A stretch of 64,000 nucleotides of DNA from an uncultured Gammaproteobacteria bacterium (GTDB lineage: Bacteria; Cyanobacteriota; Vampirovibrionia; LMEP-6097): NCBI GenBank assembly GCA_964551135.1, contig CAZKAT010000003.1, positions 1,514-65,513 on the forward strand, read 5' to 3'. The position numbers and the translations under genes are program-made. Below are positions 37,058 through 44,975 of this stretch, in pieces (position 1 is the stretch's first letter; every line of letters begins with the position of its first letter). The notes beneath the pieces are model-generated. The model was not told the origin of the DNA. It worked only from the letters and a program-made list of their open reading frames with translations, and searched no databases.

Positions 37058-37882
37058 GTGAATACAAACTCTAGGCGTGATGCTGATTATGATTTCTCAC
37101 GCCGTTCTAGAATAGATCCTATTTTCAGTCAGACACAAAAACCAAAAAGTTTCATTGCTGATAATGGTGGAAGTTTTATGGGGGATTTACACAATCCTCT
37201 CTTAGAAAACAGTATACATGCCCCTGCTAGATTAGATTACAGACCTAAATTTACTGAATATGGCTTAGATGATTTAATGCATCCAGAAACAATAGACAAA
37301 GCAAAAGACTGGACTGAAAAAATTACCGACTTCTTTAAGATCGCAGGTGATGCTACAAACAAAGTATTCTCACAACTCGGAGATATAACTAATGTTGGAA
37401 TTAATAAAACAGCAAGCAATCCTATGATCGTTACTGCTGGTGCAGCAATCGTAGGATTAATAGCTGGACTTAAAGCTGTAAAAAATATTCTCCATGGTAT
37501 TAAAGTAGCAATGGATCCTAAAAGTGATCCTAAACTAGGCTGGTTGCCACATGAGATATTAGGTATATTACAGGGTGGTTTATTCTTTGGTCTAACTTCT
37601 TCATTCTTTGGTAAGAGAAATTTCCTTACTGAATTCCAAAATGGTAAGCCAGTAGTAAAAGTCAAATCAATTATAGGAGTAGGCGTAGCTGCCCTTGGTT
37701 TAAGTGTCGCAATGGCACTCGCTAAGAGCACTTCAGTATTCCGCAAAGTTCCATTAATAGGACCTGCTATGCAAGAAATCAGTGAAACTGTATTTGGAGC
37801 AGCTAAAGAAGTAACTGTACCAACAGAAGACAATCAGAATGCTGCTGGACACGGAGCTGCTTTACCTGGAATGCCAGGCTAG
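37058..37882 (+). CDS. Hypothetical membrane protein
   Basis: 274 aa with several Gly/Ala-rich hydrophobic helices; start uncertain (GTG 37058 or ATG 37178 with GGTGGAAG upstream). Confidence 0.4.
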   Translation: MNTNSRRDADYDFSRRSRIDPIFSQTQKPKSFIADNGGSFMGDLHNPLLENSIHAPARLDYRPKFTEYGLDDLMHPETIDKAKDWTEKITDFFKIAGDATNKVFSQLGDITNVGINKTASNPMIVTAGAAIVGLIAGLKAVKNILHGIKVAMDPKSDPKLGWLPHEILGILQGGLFFGLTSSFFGKRNFLTEFQNGKPVVKVKSIIGVGVAALGLSVAMALAKSTSVFRKVPLIGPAMQEISETVFGAAKEVTVPTEDNQNAAGHGAALPGMPG

Positions 37883-39444
37883 AGTAATTTAGCAAGTATC
37901 TCATTTACCATTGCTGGCGAAGCTTTACCCTGCGTAAGTTTCATAACCTGTCCCACAAAAAACCCTTGAATCTTTGCGTTACCAGATTTATATTGTTCTA
38001 CTTGTTTTGGATTAGCAGAGATCACTTCTTTAATAACAGTCTCCAAAGCTCCTGTATCAGTAATCTGTGCTAGACCTTTATCATCAATTAACTTCTGCAC
38101 TGAACCACCATTAACCAAAAGCTCATTAATAATATCGTTCTTAGCAATATTATCCGAAATAATGCCTTGATCTATCAGTTTAATCATCTCAGCTAGTAGA
38201 GTTGCTGTAAGTTTAGTTTCTCTGATACTGAGTTTACTCTCGTTGAGGTAAGCAGCTACAGGACCTACCAACCAATTAGCAGCCTTAACAGCATTAGAGC
38301 CTATCCGCAAAGTCCCATCTGCTGCGTTACGCTCGTTCCTCGGACTACTCATTGACGTCTCAGTCAACTCCGTGTCCTCGGAACTCGCAAGCCTTGCATC
38401 TGGGAGCTTTTCGGATAGGCTCTTAATAACCTCTTCAAAATAGATCGCCGTATCCACTTCATCTGTAAGCGTAGTCGCTGTATCTTCATTAATATTAAAC
38501 TCTGCTATATATCTACTACGCTTCTGTTGCGGTAATTCTGGCAGAGAAGTTTTAGCTGTATCAATTTGCTTTTGGTTTAAAGTGAGAGGTAATAAATCTG
38601 GCTCAGGGAAATATCTATAATCATGAGCATCTTCTTTCGATCTCATAGAATGGGTTTTACCAGTGTTCTCATCGAAAAGTCTAGTCTCTTGAACCACAGT
38701 ACCAGCTTGATCTAATATTTCTGATTGACGTTTATATTCATACTCTATAGCGCGAGAAATAGATCTAAAGCTATTAACATTCTTGATCTCAGCGCGAGTA
38801 CCGAACTTCTCAGCACCAGGTTTATTCAATGAAATATTAATATCACATCTAAGCGAGCCTTCTTGCATATTGCCATCACATACTCCTATATATAGAAGTA
38901 TTTTACGCAACTCTTTCACGTAAGCCACAGCCTCATCAGCAGAACGTATATCAGGCTCTGAAACTATCTCTATAAGCGGCGTTGAAGCACGATTAAGATC
39001 TACTAGTGAATAATCTGAACCATGTAATCTCTCAGCACCTGAGTGTACTAACTTACCCGCATCTTCTTCCATGTGAATTCTTAATATGCGCACATCTTTA
39101 GAACCAATATTTAGCTTGCCATGATTACAGATAGGCTTATCGTATTGAGAGATCTGGTAACCCTTAGGTAGATCTGGATAGAAGTATTGCTTGCGATCGA
39201 ATTTAGAATTAAGATCTATCTGACAACCTAATGCTAGTCCAGCTTTAATCGCATACTCTACTGCGCGCTCATTCAATACTGGTAAAACTCCTGGATAACC
39301 CATACATACTGGGCAGGTATTCGCGTTCGGCTCTGCTCCAAACTTAGTAGAACAAGAACAAAATAACTTAGACTCAGTTCTGAGCTGAGCATGGACTTCT
39401 AGTCCGATAACGATTTGGTATTTTAATGCAGTTTCTGTTGCCAT
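37879..39444 (-). CDS. gatB: Asp-tRNA(Asn)/Glu-tRNA(Gln) amidotransferase subunit B (carries an in-frame repeat-element insertion)
   Basis: N-terminal YQIVIGLEVHAQL and CSC...CPVCMGYPG motifs; start set at ATG 39444 (MATETALKYQ...) matching canonical GatB N-termini; the track start 39522 would extend into palindromic element B. Confidence 0.9.
   Translation of the reverse strand: MATETALKYQIVIGLEVHAQLRTESKLFCSCSTKFGAEPNANTCPVCMGYPGVLPVLNERAVEYAIKAGLALGCQIDLNSKFDRKQYFYPDLPKGYQISQYDKPICNHGKLNIGSKDVRILRIHMEEDAGKLVHSGAERLHGSDYSLVDLNRASTPLIEIVSEPDIRSADEAVAYVKELRKILLYIGVCDGNMQEGSLRCDINISLNKPGAEKFGTRAEIKNVNSFRSISRAIEYEYKRQSEILDQAGTVVQETRLFDENTGKTHSMRSKEDAHDYRYFPEPDLLPLTLNQKQIDTAKTSLPELPQQKRSRYIAEFNINEDTATTLTDEVDTAIYFEEVIKSLSEKLPDARLASSEDTELTETSMSSPRNERNAADGTLRIGSNAVKAANWLVGPVAAYLNESKLSIRETKLTATLLAEMIKLIDQGIISDNIAKNDIINELLVNGGSVQKLIDDKGLAQITDTGALETVIKEVISANPKQVEQYKSGNAKIQGFFVGQVMKLTQGKASPAMVNEILAKLL
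38316..38412. repeat. Repeat element D (about 97 bp), in frame within gatB
   Basis: About 90% identical to 30692-30790 in mutS; encodes ARLASSEDTELTETSMSSPRNERNAADG, paralleling ARLASPENAELTRTSMSSSRDERNAADD in MutS. Confidence 0.8.
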
Positions 39445-39468
39445 ATATGGAGATTTTATCATATTAGT

Positions 39469-39577
39469 CGTCATCGCGAGGAGCGAGCGCAGCGAGTGAC
39501 GTCGCGATCCAGACGAATGCACAATATTTATGACTGGATCCCGACGTCGTCCACTTCGTGGACTCCTCGGGATGACG
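39469..39577. repeat. GC-rich palindromic element B (RPE-like), 109 bp
   Basis: Terminal inverted repeats CGTCATCGCGAGGAG (39469-39483) / CTCCTCGGGATGACG (39563-39577) and inner GGATCCAG/CTGGATCC; same family as element A; sits between gatB and nfi, and the nfi ORF terminates inside it. Confidence 0.75.
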
Positions 39578-40289
39578 GAACTAAAATATCTCCTACTTTT
39601 ACAAGCTTCTTTACTTCCTTGGAATACTGATCCGCTAACCTGGTTGCCTTGGGTATTCTATAGCCATCACAAAATTTAGTAATTATTTCTAAACTAGTTG
39701 GATGATCGATAAGATATCCAGGTGAAATAAAGACCGGATTACATTTAGCTTTAGTTCTGAGTACCGTACCAATAAGTTCATGGCTTTTAGGATCAAGAAG
39801 TTTGGAAGTGGAGAATCGTTCTTCAGCAAGCTTAGAATATTCACCATAGAGTAAAGATTTAGCGCAACCAATGGTCGGTTTATTTATCATCAAACCCATA
39901 TGCGAAGCAATTCCCAAGCGCCTTGGATGAGCGACTCCCTGTCCATCAAAGATATAAATATCAGCATTAATATTATGCTGCTCTATCAGTGCTAAATATA
40001 GAGAACATTCGCGAAAGCTCAGTAAGCCTGGAATATAAGGGAACTTAATCTCACCCACATAGTAATAACGATTAATAATTTCAAGCTCAGGGAAACTAAA
40101 AAGAACAGAAACAGCATAAGCTTGTCCCTGAGCTGTTCCAGCAGAAATAAACCTAGGATTAAGTTCTAAAGCTAAATCAAAAGCAGCTATAGTCTTGATC
40201 TCATCTAAAGAACCAAAAGAATTTTTTAAAACAATTTGTGAGGTCAATTGTTTTTGCAATTGGATTGCATCTTGAGGAGAAACTAGCAT
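39528..40289 (-). CDS. nfi: Endonuclease V
   Basis: 253 aa; AAFDLA, YIPGLLSFRE, HPRRLGIASHMG and PTIGCAKS motifs typical of endonuclease V; the last about 17 codons lie inside palindromic element B. Confidence 0.8.
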   Translation of the reverse strand: MLVSPQDAIQLQKQLTSQIVLKNSFGSLDEIKTIAAFDLALELNPRFISAGTAQGQAYAVSVLFSFPELEIINRYYYVGEIKFPYIPGLLSFRECSLYLALIEQHNINADIYIFDGQGVAHPRRLGIASHMGLMINKPTIGCAKSLLYGEYSKLAEERFSTSKLLDPKSHELIGTVLRTKAKCNPVFISPGYLIDHPTSLEIITKFCDGYRIPKATRLADQYSKEVKKLVKVGDILVPSSRGVHEVDDVGIQS

Positions 40290-40326
40290 TAAGCGTTAAT
40301 TATAGCTATTTGCTATTATATTATGT

Positions 40327-41124
40327 ATGCTTGGAATCTATATCACCGCTGGCTACCCAAATACTCAGAGCACTATTAAAGCTCTCAAAATTCTTGACGA
40401 GGCTAATGTTGATTTAATAGAACTTGGAGTTCCTTTCTCTGATCCTTTAGCTGACGGTCCAGTAATTCAAAAAGCTGCATATCAAGCACTGCAGCAAGGC
40501 ATGAACCTGGATAAAATTTTTGCTCTATTAGAAGAAGCTCGCAGCCAAGGTATCAAGGCAAGTTCAGGCAAAGGCTTAAACAATGTAATCTTGTTCTCCT
40601 ACTATAATCCACTCTATGCTTATGGCTGGGATAAGTTAATCAAACAATGTCAAGCACATCAAATACGCGGCGCACTAATTCCTGACTTACCTGTAGATGA
40701 AGCAGAAGTTCTATCTAAAAAATTTAAAGATGCTGGATTAGATTTAATTCTACTAGCAGCTATAACCAGTACTGATGAGCGCTTGCGTAAGATCTATGAT
40801 CTATCATCACCATTTATTTACTTAGTTAGCCGCATTGGTATCACTGGAAGCGACAGTGATGTTCAATCCTTGAAAGGTAACAGCTCTACTAGCGTTGACC
40901 GTCCGCTCTCAAGTGTTATTAGCAAGCTTAAGTCTTTTGGTAATAAGCCTATTGCTTTAGGTTTTGGTATAGATTCACGCACCAAAGTAGAAGATGCTTA
41001 TAAGACAGGAGCAGATATGGCAATAGTAGGAACCAAGGCGGTAAGAGTGCTTGAAGCCTGCGATGAAAGCTTGAATTGTTTTAAAGAATTTATTAAAGCT
41101 CTAAGAGCACCAGTAGAGGTATAA
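40327..41124 (+). CDS. trpA: Tryptophan synthase alpha chain
   Basis: 265 aa; ELGVPFSDPLADGPVIQ signature; no trpB adjacent. Confidence 0.85.
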   Translation: MLGIYITAGYPNTQSTIKALKILDEANVDLIELGVPFSDPLADGPVIQKAAYQALQQGMNLDKIFALLEEARSQGIKASSGKGLNNVILFSYYNPLYAYGWDKLIKQCQAHQIRGALIPDLPVDEAEVLSKKFKDAGLDLILLAAITSTDERLRKIYDLSSPFIYLVSRIGITGSDSDVQSLKGNSSTSVDRPLSSVISKLKSFGNKPIALGFGIDSRTKVEDAYKTGADMAIVGTKAVRVLEACDESLNCFKEFIKALRAPVEV

Positions 41125-41126
41125 TA

Positions 41127-41606
41127 GTGGACTTCTCACCTTATCAATTAATTGATTATTCAGCTGAATATCATGACGAGCTGATAGTGTTTCTAGATCA
41201 AGGTTATAAGTTTGTTGGTTACACTAGTTTAGAATTAGATACTTTAGATGATGATCTGTTGAATATAGAAGAAGTTTATGCTCAGCCATCTTGTTTTAAA
41301 TTATTACTAAAAGGCGAAAGCATTATAGGCAGTGTCGCTGTAAAAATTAGTGCTAATGAAGCAGAACTGAAAAGAGTCTTCGTTAATCCCAGTCTCCATG
41401 GTCAAGGCATAGGTAAGAATCTCTCACTCTGGGCATTTGACTATGCTAAAGAGCAAGGTTGCCATACTATGCATATCTGGTCTGGCACCCTCTGTGAAAC
41501 AGCCCATAGCCTCTACGAATATTTAGGCGCAACAAACACTCAAGAGCAACGTTTTATAGGTGGGCAGGATGATTGCTATGAATACTACTTCATAAAGAAG
41601 CTTTAA
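41127..41606 (+). CDS. GNAT-family N-acetyltransferase
   Basis: 159 aa; acetyl-CoA binding motif RVFVNPSLHGQGIGKNL. Confidence 0.75.
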   Translation: MDFSPYQLIDYSAEYHDELIVFLDQGYKFVGYTSLELDTLDDDLLNIEEVYAQPSCFKLLLKGESIIGSVAVKISANEAELKRVFVNPSLHGQGIGKNLSLWAFDYAKEQGCHTMHIWSGTLCETAHSLYEYLGATNTQEQRFIGGQDDCYEYYFIKKL

Positions 41607-41696
41607 ACATAGTCTTAATCAGGGAATGATATAATCAATAGCAACTAAGGTATTTAGTCTGTAAACTGACAATTTGGTAAACCCAATAATTATAAG

Positions 41697-41797
41697 ACGC
41701 AGTTATTTTGTCATTATTCGAGGCAGTTTGCTCCTGAGCGACCGGAGTGTATATGAACATACATGAGGATCGCGAAGGAGCAAACTAACGAAGAAGA
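41697..41797. repeat. Palindromic element E (about 100 bp), upstream of ssrA
   Basis: Imperfect inverted repeat TTTTGTCATTATTCGAGGCAGTTTGCTCCTGAGCGA / TCGCGAAGGAGCAAACTAACGAAGAAGAATGACAAAAG; termini resemble the GTCAT...GAGG ends of elements A and B. Confidence 0.6.
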
Positions 41798-41823
41798 ATG
41801 ACAAAAGAACAAGTCTTCTTTAT

Positions 41824-42228
41824 GGGGGCGTATAGCTTTGACAGGGGTCAGAGATGGTAAAACGCGAGTCCAGGTAGCCTAGGTCCTGGTAAAGCCAAGG
41901 CAAAACATAAGTGTAAATGAATTTGAAGTAACTGTAGCGCAAGCTACACCTGCTGAGCGTTTCGCTCAAGCAGCTTAGTCCCGACATACTGCGGACACTT
42001 CCTCGCTGCTTAACGGCTAACCGGTTAGGATTGTGAGGCACTAAACAGGTCAGTGCATGAATCATACTTTGATAAGTTTAGTATGAGGAGTAAAGATCAT
42101 AAGCTTAGAACCCGTTGAGTGTCTATGCTCTTAAGCACGGCAACAGCTTAGATTTATAGACTACACTCGTAGTGGTTTATCGTTGAAAACTTTTGGACGC
42201 GAGGGGCAGTTCCTCGCCGCCTCCACCA
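41824..42228 (+). ncRNA. ssrA: tmRNA (transfer-messenger RNA), standard one-piece form
   Basis: 5' GGGGGCG pairs with 3' CGCCUCC (7-bp acceptor stem with G3:U70 alanine identity pair) followed by encoded ACCA; 5' GGGGGCGUAUAGCUUUGACAGGGG resembles the tmRNA tRNA-like domain; T-arm GCGAGG/CCUCGC; internal open frame ending ...AQATPAERFAQAA then UAG, consistent with an Ala-Ala-terminated tag. The overlapping 81-aa minus-strand ORF is considered spurious. Confidence 0.75.
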
Positions 42229-42288
42229 TTTTTAATTAAAATATCCAAAATCTAGACATAATCATCAATTTTAGATAATATTACAATT

Positions 42289-43602
42289 ATGAGTACCAAT
42301 ATTATAAATGGAACTTTTATTCAAAGCCCAATGGTAGAAAGTCCTACCAAACCAAATTCTTATTTAGGTAAACGAATAAGAAAGATAACGCCACCTCTTA
42401 AATTACATCATAGACAATTACATTTATCTACAAAAGACTTGTTAAAACTTAGTCTTGAAAAACTCTTTAAAACAAATCCCAATCCAGATGTTGACCAAAT
42501 TTCTGCAGCCATAGACCCAATATTAGTTCCAAGCGAATATGAGCAAGCTTCTAATTCACAACTAATTTGCAAACTATGTGTGCATCGTATTAATGATGCT
42601 TGGGATATTTTTCAAAAATTAAAATCTGATTTGAAACTTGAAAATCCTCAAATAGACTTGGAGTTTGCAAAATCTATTCATGAATCTTATATAACATTAG
42701 TTGAGTCAGAACAAGATCCATTGTCAAACGAAGAGCTAGCGGAGCTAACTCTTAAGGTTATTAAAAAAACTAAATTCATGATAGATCCACGTATTTATAA
42801 AGCTATATTTGGAAACAATGGTAGCTTTAATGTCAAATCTTTTTTGATTCCAGTAACAATTCATGATCAAGCAATTAGACCTGATTCTTCTGAACACAAT
42901 GATTTAAAAAGATTTTTTAAAAATTATGATATAGATATCTCTAATATAGAAATTCCTCCACTGATTGAAACTGATACAGCGTCTGAAGTTGCAGGTCATT
43001 GTGCCACAAATTATATAATTTCTTACCCTCTTGATTCATCTAAAAAGTTATATAGGGAAACTATTGAAACACTTAGAGACTCTTCATTAAAAACACAACT
43101 ATTGTATGAAATAAATAACTATAGTAGCAGTGTTCTATCACATGAACTAACTCATTATTTCCTTAAAGTTAAAGTGCCAAATATTAGGTCTACAGAACCA
43201 ACAGATTTAAACGCAAAAATCTATATTTCGCCTGAAAATTATATTAATTGTGTTATACCTTCAAATGAAATGGCTCGTGAAATGATTGCATATACTATGA
43301 GCTTGTTTACTGATCCAATTTTTTCTATTGCTACAATGCTCGAAAGTAAAGATTCTTGCTTAGAACTTAGCAAGCCAATAATAATAATTTGCAAGGGATT
43401 GGCTTTAGGGTCTCTAGCAAAGGATCAAGCTGAGTTTGATGCAGATTTACAACTCTTACGCAATATGACTGGGATTAACTATATGATTTATATGTTTCAT
43501 AGACTAGGTCAAGAAAAATTTGATCAGTTTGTTAAAACAGTCCAAGAAGTTTTTAAATCTATTTCAGGGCAATTGCTAGCTCAGACACAAGCTCAAAAGT
43601 AG
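42289..43602 (+). CDS. Hypothetical protein with HExxH motif (possible zinc metalloprotease)
   Basis: 437 aa; SHELTHYF HExxH motif with a downstream Glu (PSNEMAREM) that could be a third ligand; otherwise unrecognised. Confidence 0.4.
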   Translation: MSTNIINGTFIQSPMVESPTKPNSYLGKRIRKITPPLKLHHRQLHLSTKDLLKLSLEKLFKTNPNPDVDQISAAIDPILVPSEYEQASNSQLICKLCVHRINDAWDIFQKLKSDLKLENPQIDLEFAKSIHESYITLVESEQDPLSNEELAELTLKVIKKTKFMIDPRIYKAIFGNNGSFNVKSFLIPVTIHDQAIRPDSSEHNDLKRFFKNYDIDISNIEIPPLIETDTASEVAGHCATNYIISYPLDSSKKLYRETIETLRDSSLKTQLLYEINNYSSSVLSHELTHYFLKVKVPNIRSTEPTDLNAKIYISPENYINCVIPSNEMAREMIAYTMSLFTDPIFSIATMLESKDSCLELSKPIIIICKGLALGSLAKDQAEFDADLQLLRNMTGINYMIYMFHRLGQEKFDQFVKTVQEVFKSISGQLLAQTQAQK

Positions 43603-43643
43603 TAACTAAAGCAAGACTGGATTGTATCTAGCTAGGATCCTAG

Positions 43644-44843
43644 TTAATTTGATGCAGCAGCCAATTGTTTTTGTTTTTGATAATAAAGCGTTGCCATAAC
43701 TTTGGCACCATTATGGTCATTCTCTATAGCTATAGGACTATCACTTAATCTATGAAGTTGAGAACCTTTAAACTCCTCAAGGAAAGCTTTTTTATTCTCA
43801 TCATTCGATAAAACATTAGTCAGTGGACTTGCTTGAACAATAAATTGAGCTTGTTGAATTTTAGAATTAGCTTTTATTACATAAGCTAAAACTTTCGCTA
43901 CAACAATTTGAATAGCTTGAAATACTATATCGTCTGTCTGTGGATTAAAGACTTGAGCCATACCATATTTATCACCATTAGTACCTATCTCAGAAGCTTG
44001 TATCTTATGCCTATCAGTTTTCAAATATTCCTCTAATTGTTCAATCAATTTAGGAGTATTAATTACACTTCTTAATTTAGCTAAAGCCACGTCTCTAGAT
44101 CTATTTAAGAGACTAACTATATGCTTTGCAATCGCAAGCAAACCTTCTCGCTCATTAGTTGGCGAGAATAATTCACCCAATTTCACAGCAACTTTTGGTA
44201 ATAGATCTTCAAAAACACCTTGAGGCTTGAATTCTGCATCGTAAAGATTGTGTTTAATTATTCCTTTATTGAAATCATTTTTTTCTTGATTAACATCTTG
44301 ACCCTCTGTTACAGTAAATTTCCCTGAACCAAGATCTATGAAAGCAAGATTCTGAGCAACTTGTATACTTGGAATAGATAAACCTGCAAAGAGTTTAGCA
44401 ATATTTGCACCAATAACTTTAATCTCTAAACCAGCTGCTTTAACACAATCTGATAAAGTTTCTAATGTCTTGCTTAGCGAAGCTTGAAAAACATCTTCAA
44501 ATTTTAAAAGATCTTGAGAATAAGTAGCATTTGGATCCACAAAAAATAATGTAGATGGTCTTTCTAATTTATGAAATTCATAATCAAGATTGGTTAAATT
44601 AGTTAAAGATTGTTTTAATCTAGTGTTCTCTCTATTTAATATCACAGCATTATAAGAACTTGGCTGAACAGATTTTTGGGGATCTCTTGGCAACTCTGAA
44701 TAATTTTGAATAGTTAAATCACCCTTAGTTTTCTTAGCAGAAGGCGGTTCATGCAAAACACAAGCTTTAAAAGACAAGCCTGCTGGTTGCGAAGTATGGG
44801 TACCGGTAATAAAAGACGTTTGCACGACATAATAGACTAGCAT
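43644..44843 (-). CDS. Hypothetical protein (399 aa)
   Basis: ORF only; AFIDLGSGKFTV loosely resembles a phosphate-binding loop of actin-like/Ppx-GppA ATPases but the context is unconvincing. Confidence 0.4.
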   Translation of the reverse strand: MLVYYVVQTSFITGTHTSQPAGLSFKACVLHEPPSAKKTKGDLTIQNYSELPRDPQKSVQPSSYNAVILNRENTRLKQSLTNLTNLDYEFHKLERPSTLFFVDPNATYSQDLLKFEDVFQASLSKTLETLSDCVKAAGLEIKVIGANIAKLFAGLSIPSIQVAQNLAFIDLGSGKFTVTEGQDVNQEKNDFNKGIIKHNLYDAEFKPQGVFEDLLPKVAVKLGELFSPTNEREGLLAIAKHIVSLLNRSRDVALAKLRSVINTPKLIEQLEEYLKTDRHKIQASEIGTNGDKYGMAQVFNPQTDDIVFQAIQIVVAKVLAYVIKANSKIQQAQFIVQASPLTNVLSNDENKKAFLEEFKGSQLHRLSDSPIAIENDHNGAKVMATLYYQKQKQLAAASN

Positions 44844-44975
44844 GAATTACCTGTAAATAACAATCTATGCTGCATTGCCACTATTCATCTTTCTACATAA
44901 TATTCCCAGCATTTGTCTAATGTCTAGCTATGACCCAATTACTTAACCTATTAAATCAAACAACATAATTCATAT

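Noticed and set aside
37237-37833. 198-aa minus-strand ORF
   Set aside because: Antisense to the 274-aa membrane-protein ORF; Gly/Ala-rich hydrophobic genes commonly give long antisense frames; no RBS.
41820-42065. 81-aa minus-strand ORF from the six-frame track
   Set aside because: Lies entirely within the predicted tmRNA (ssrA) gene on the opposite strand; GC-rich structured RNA readily yields spurious ORFs.
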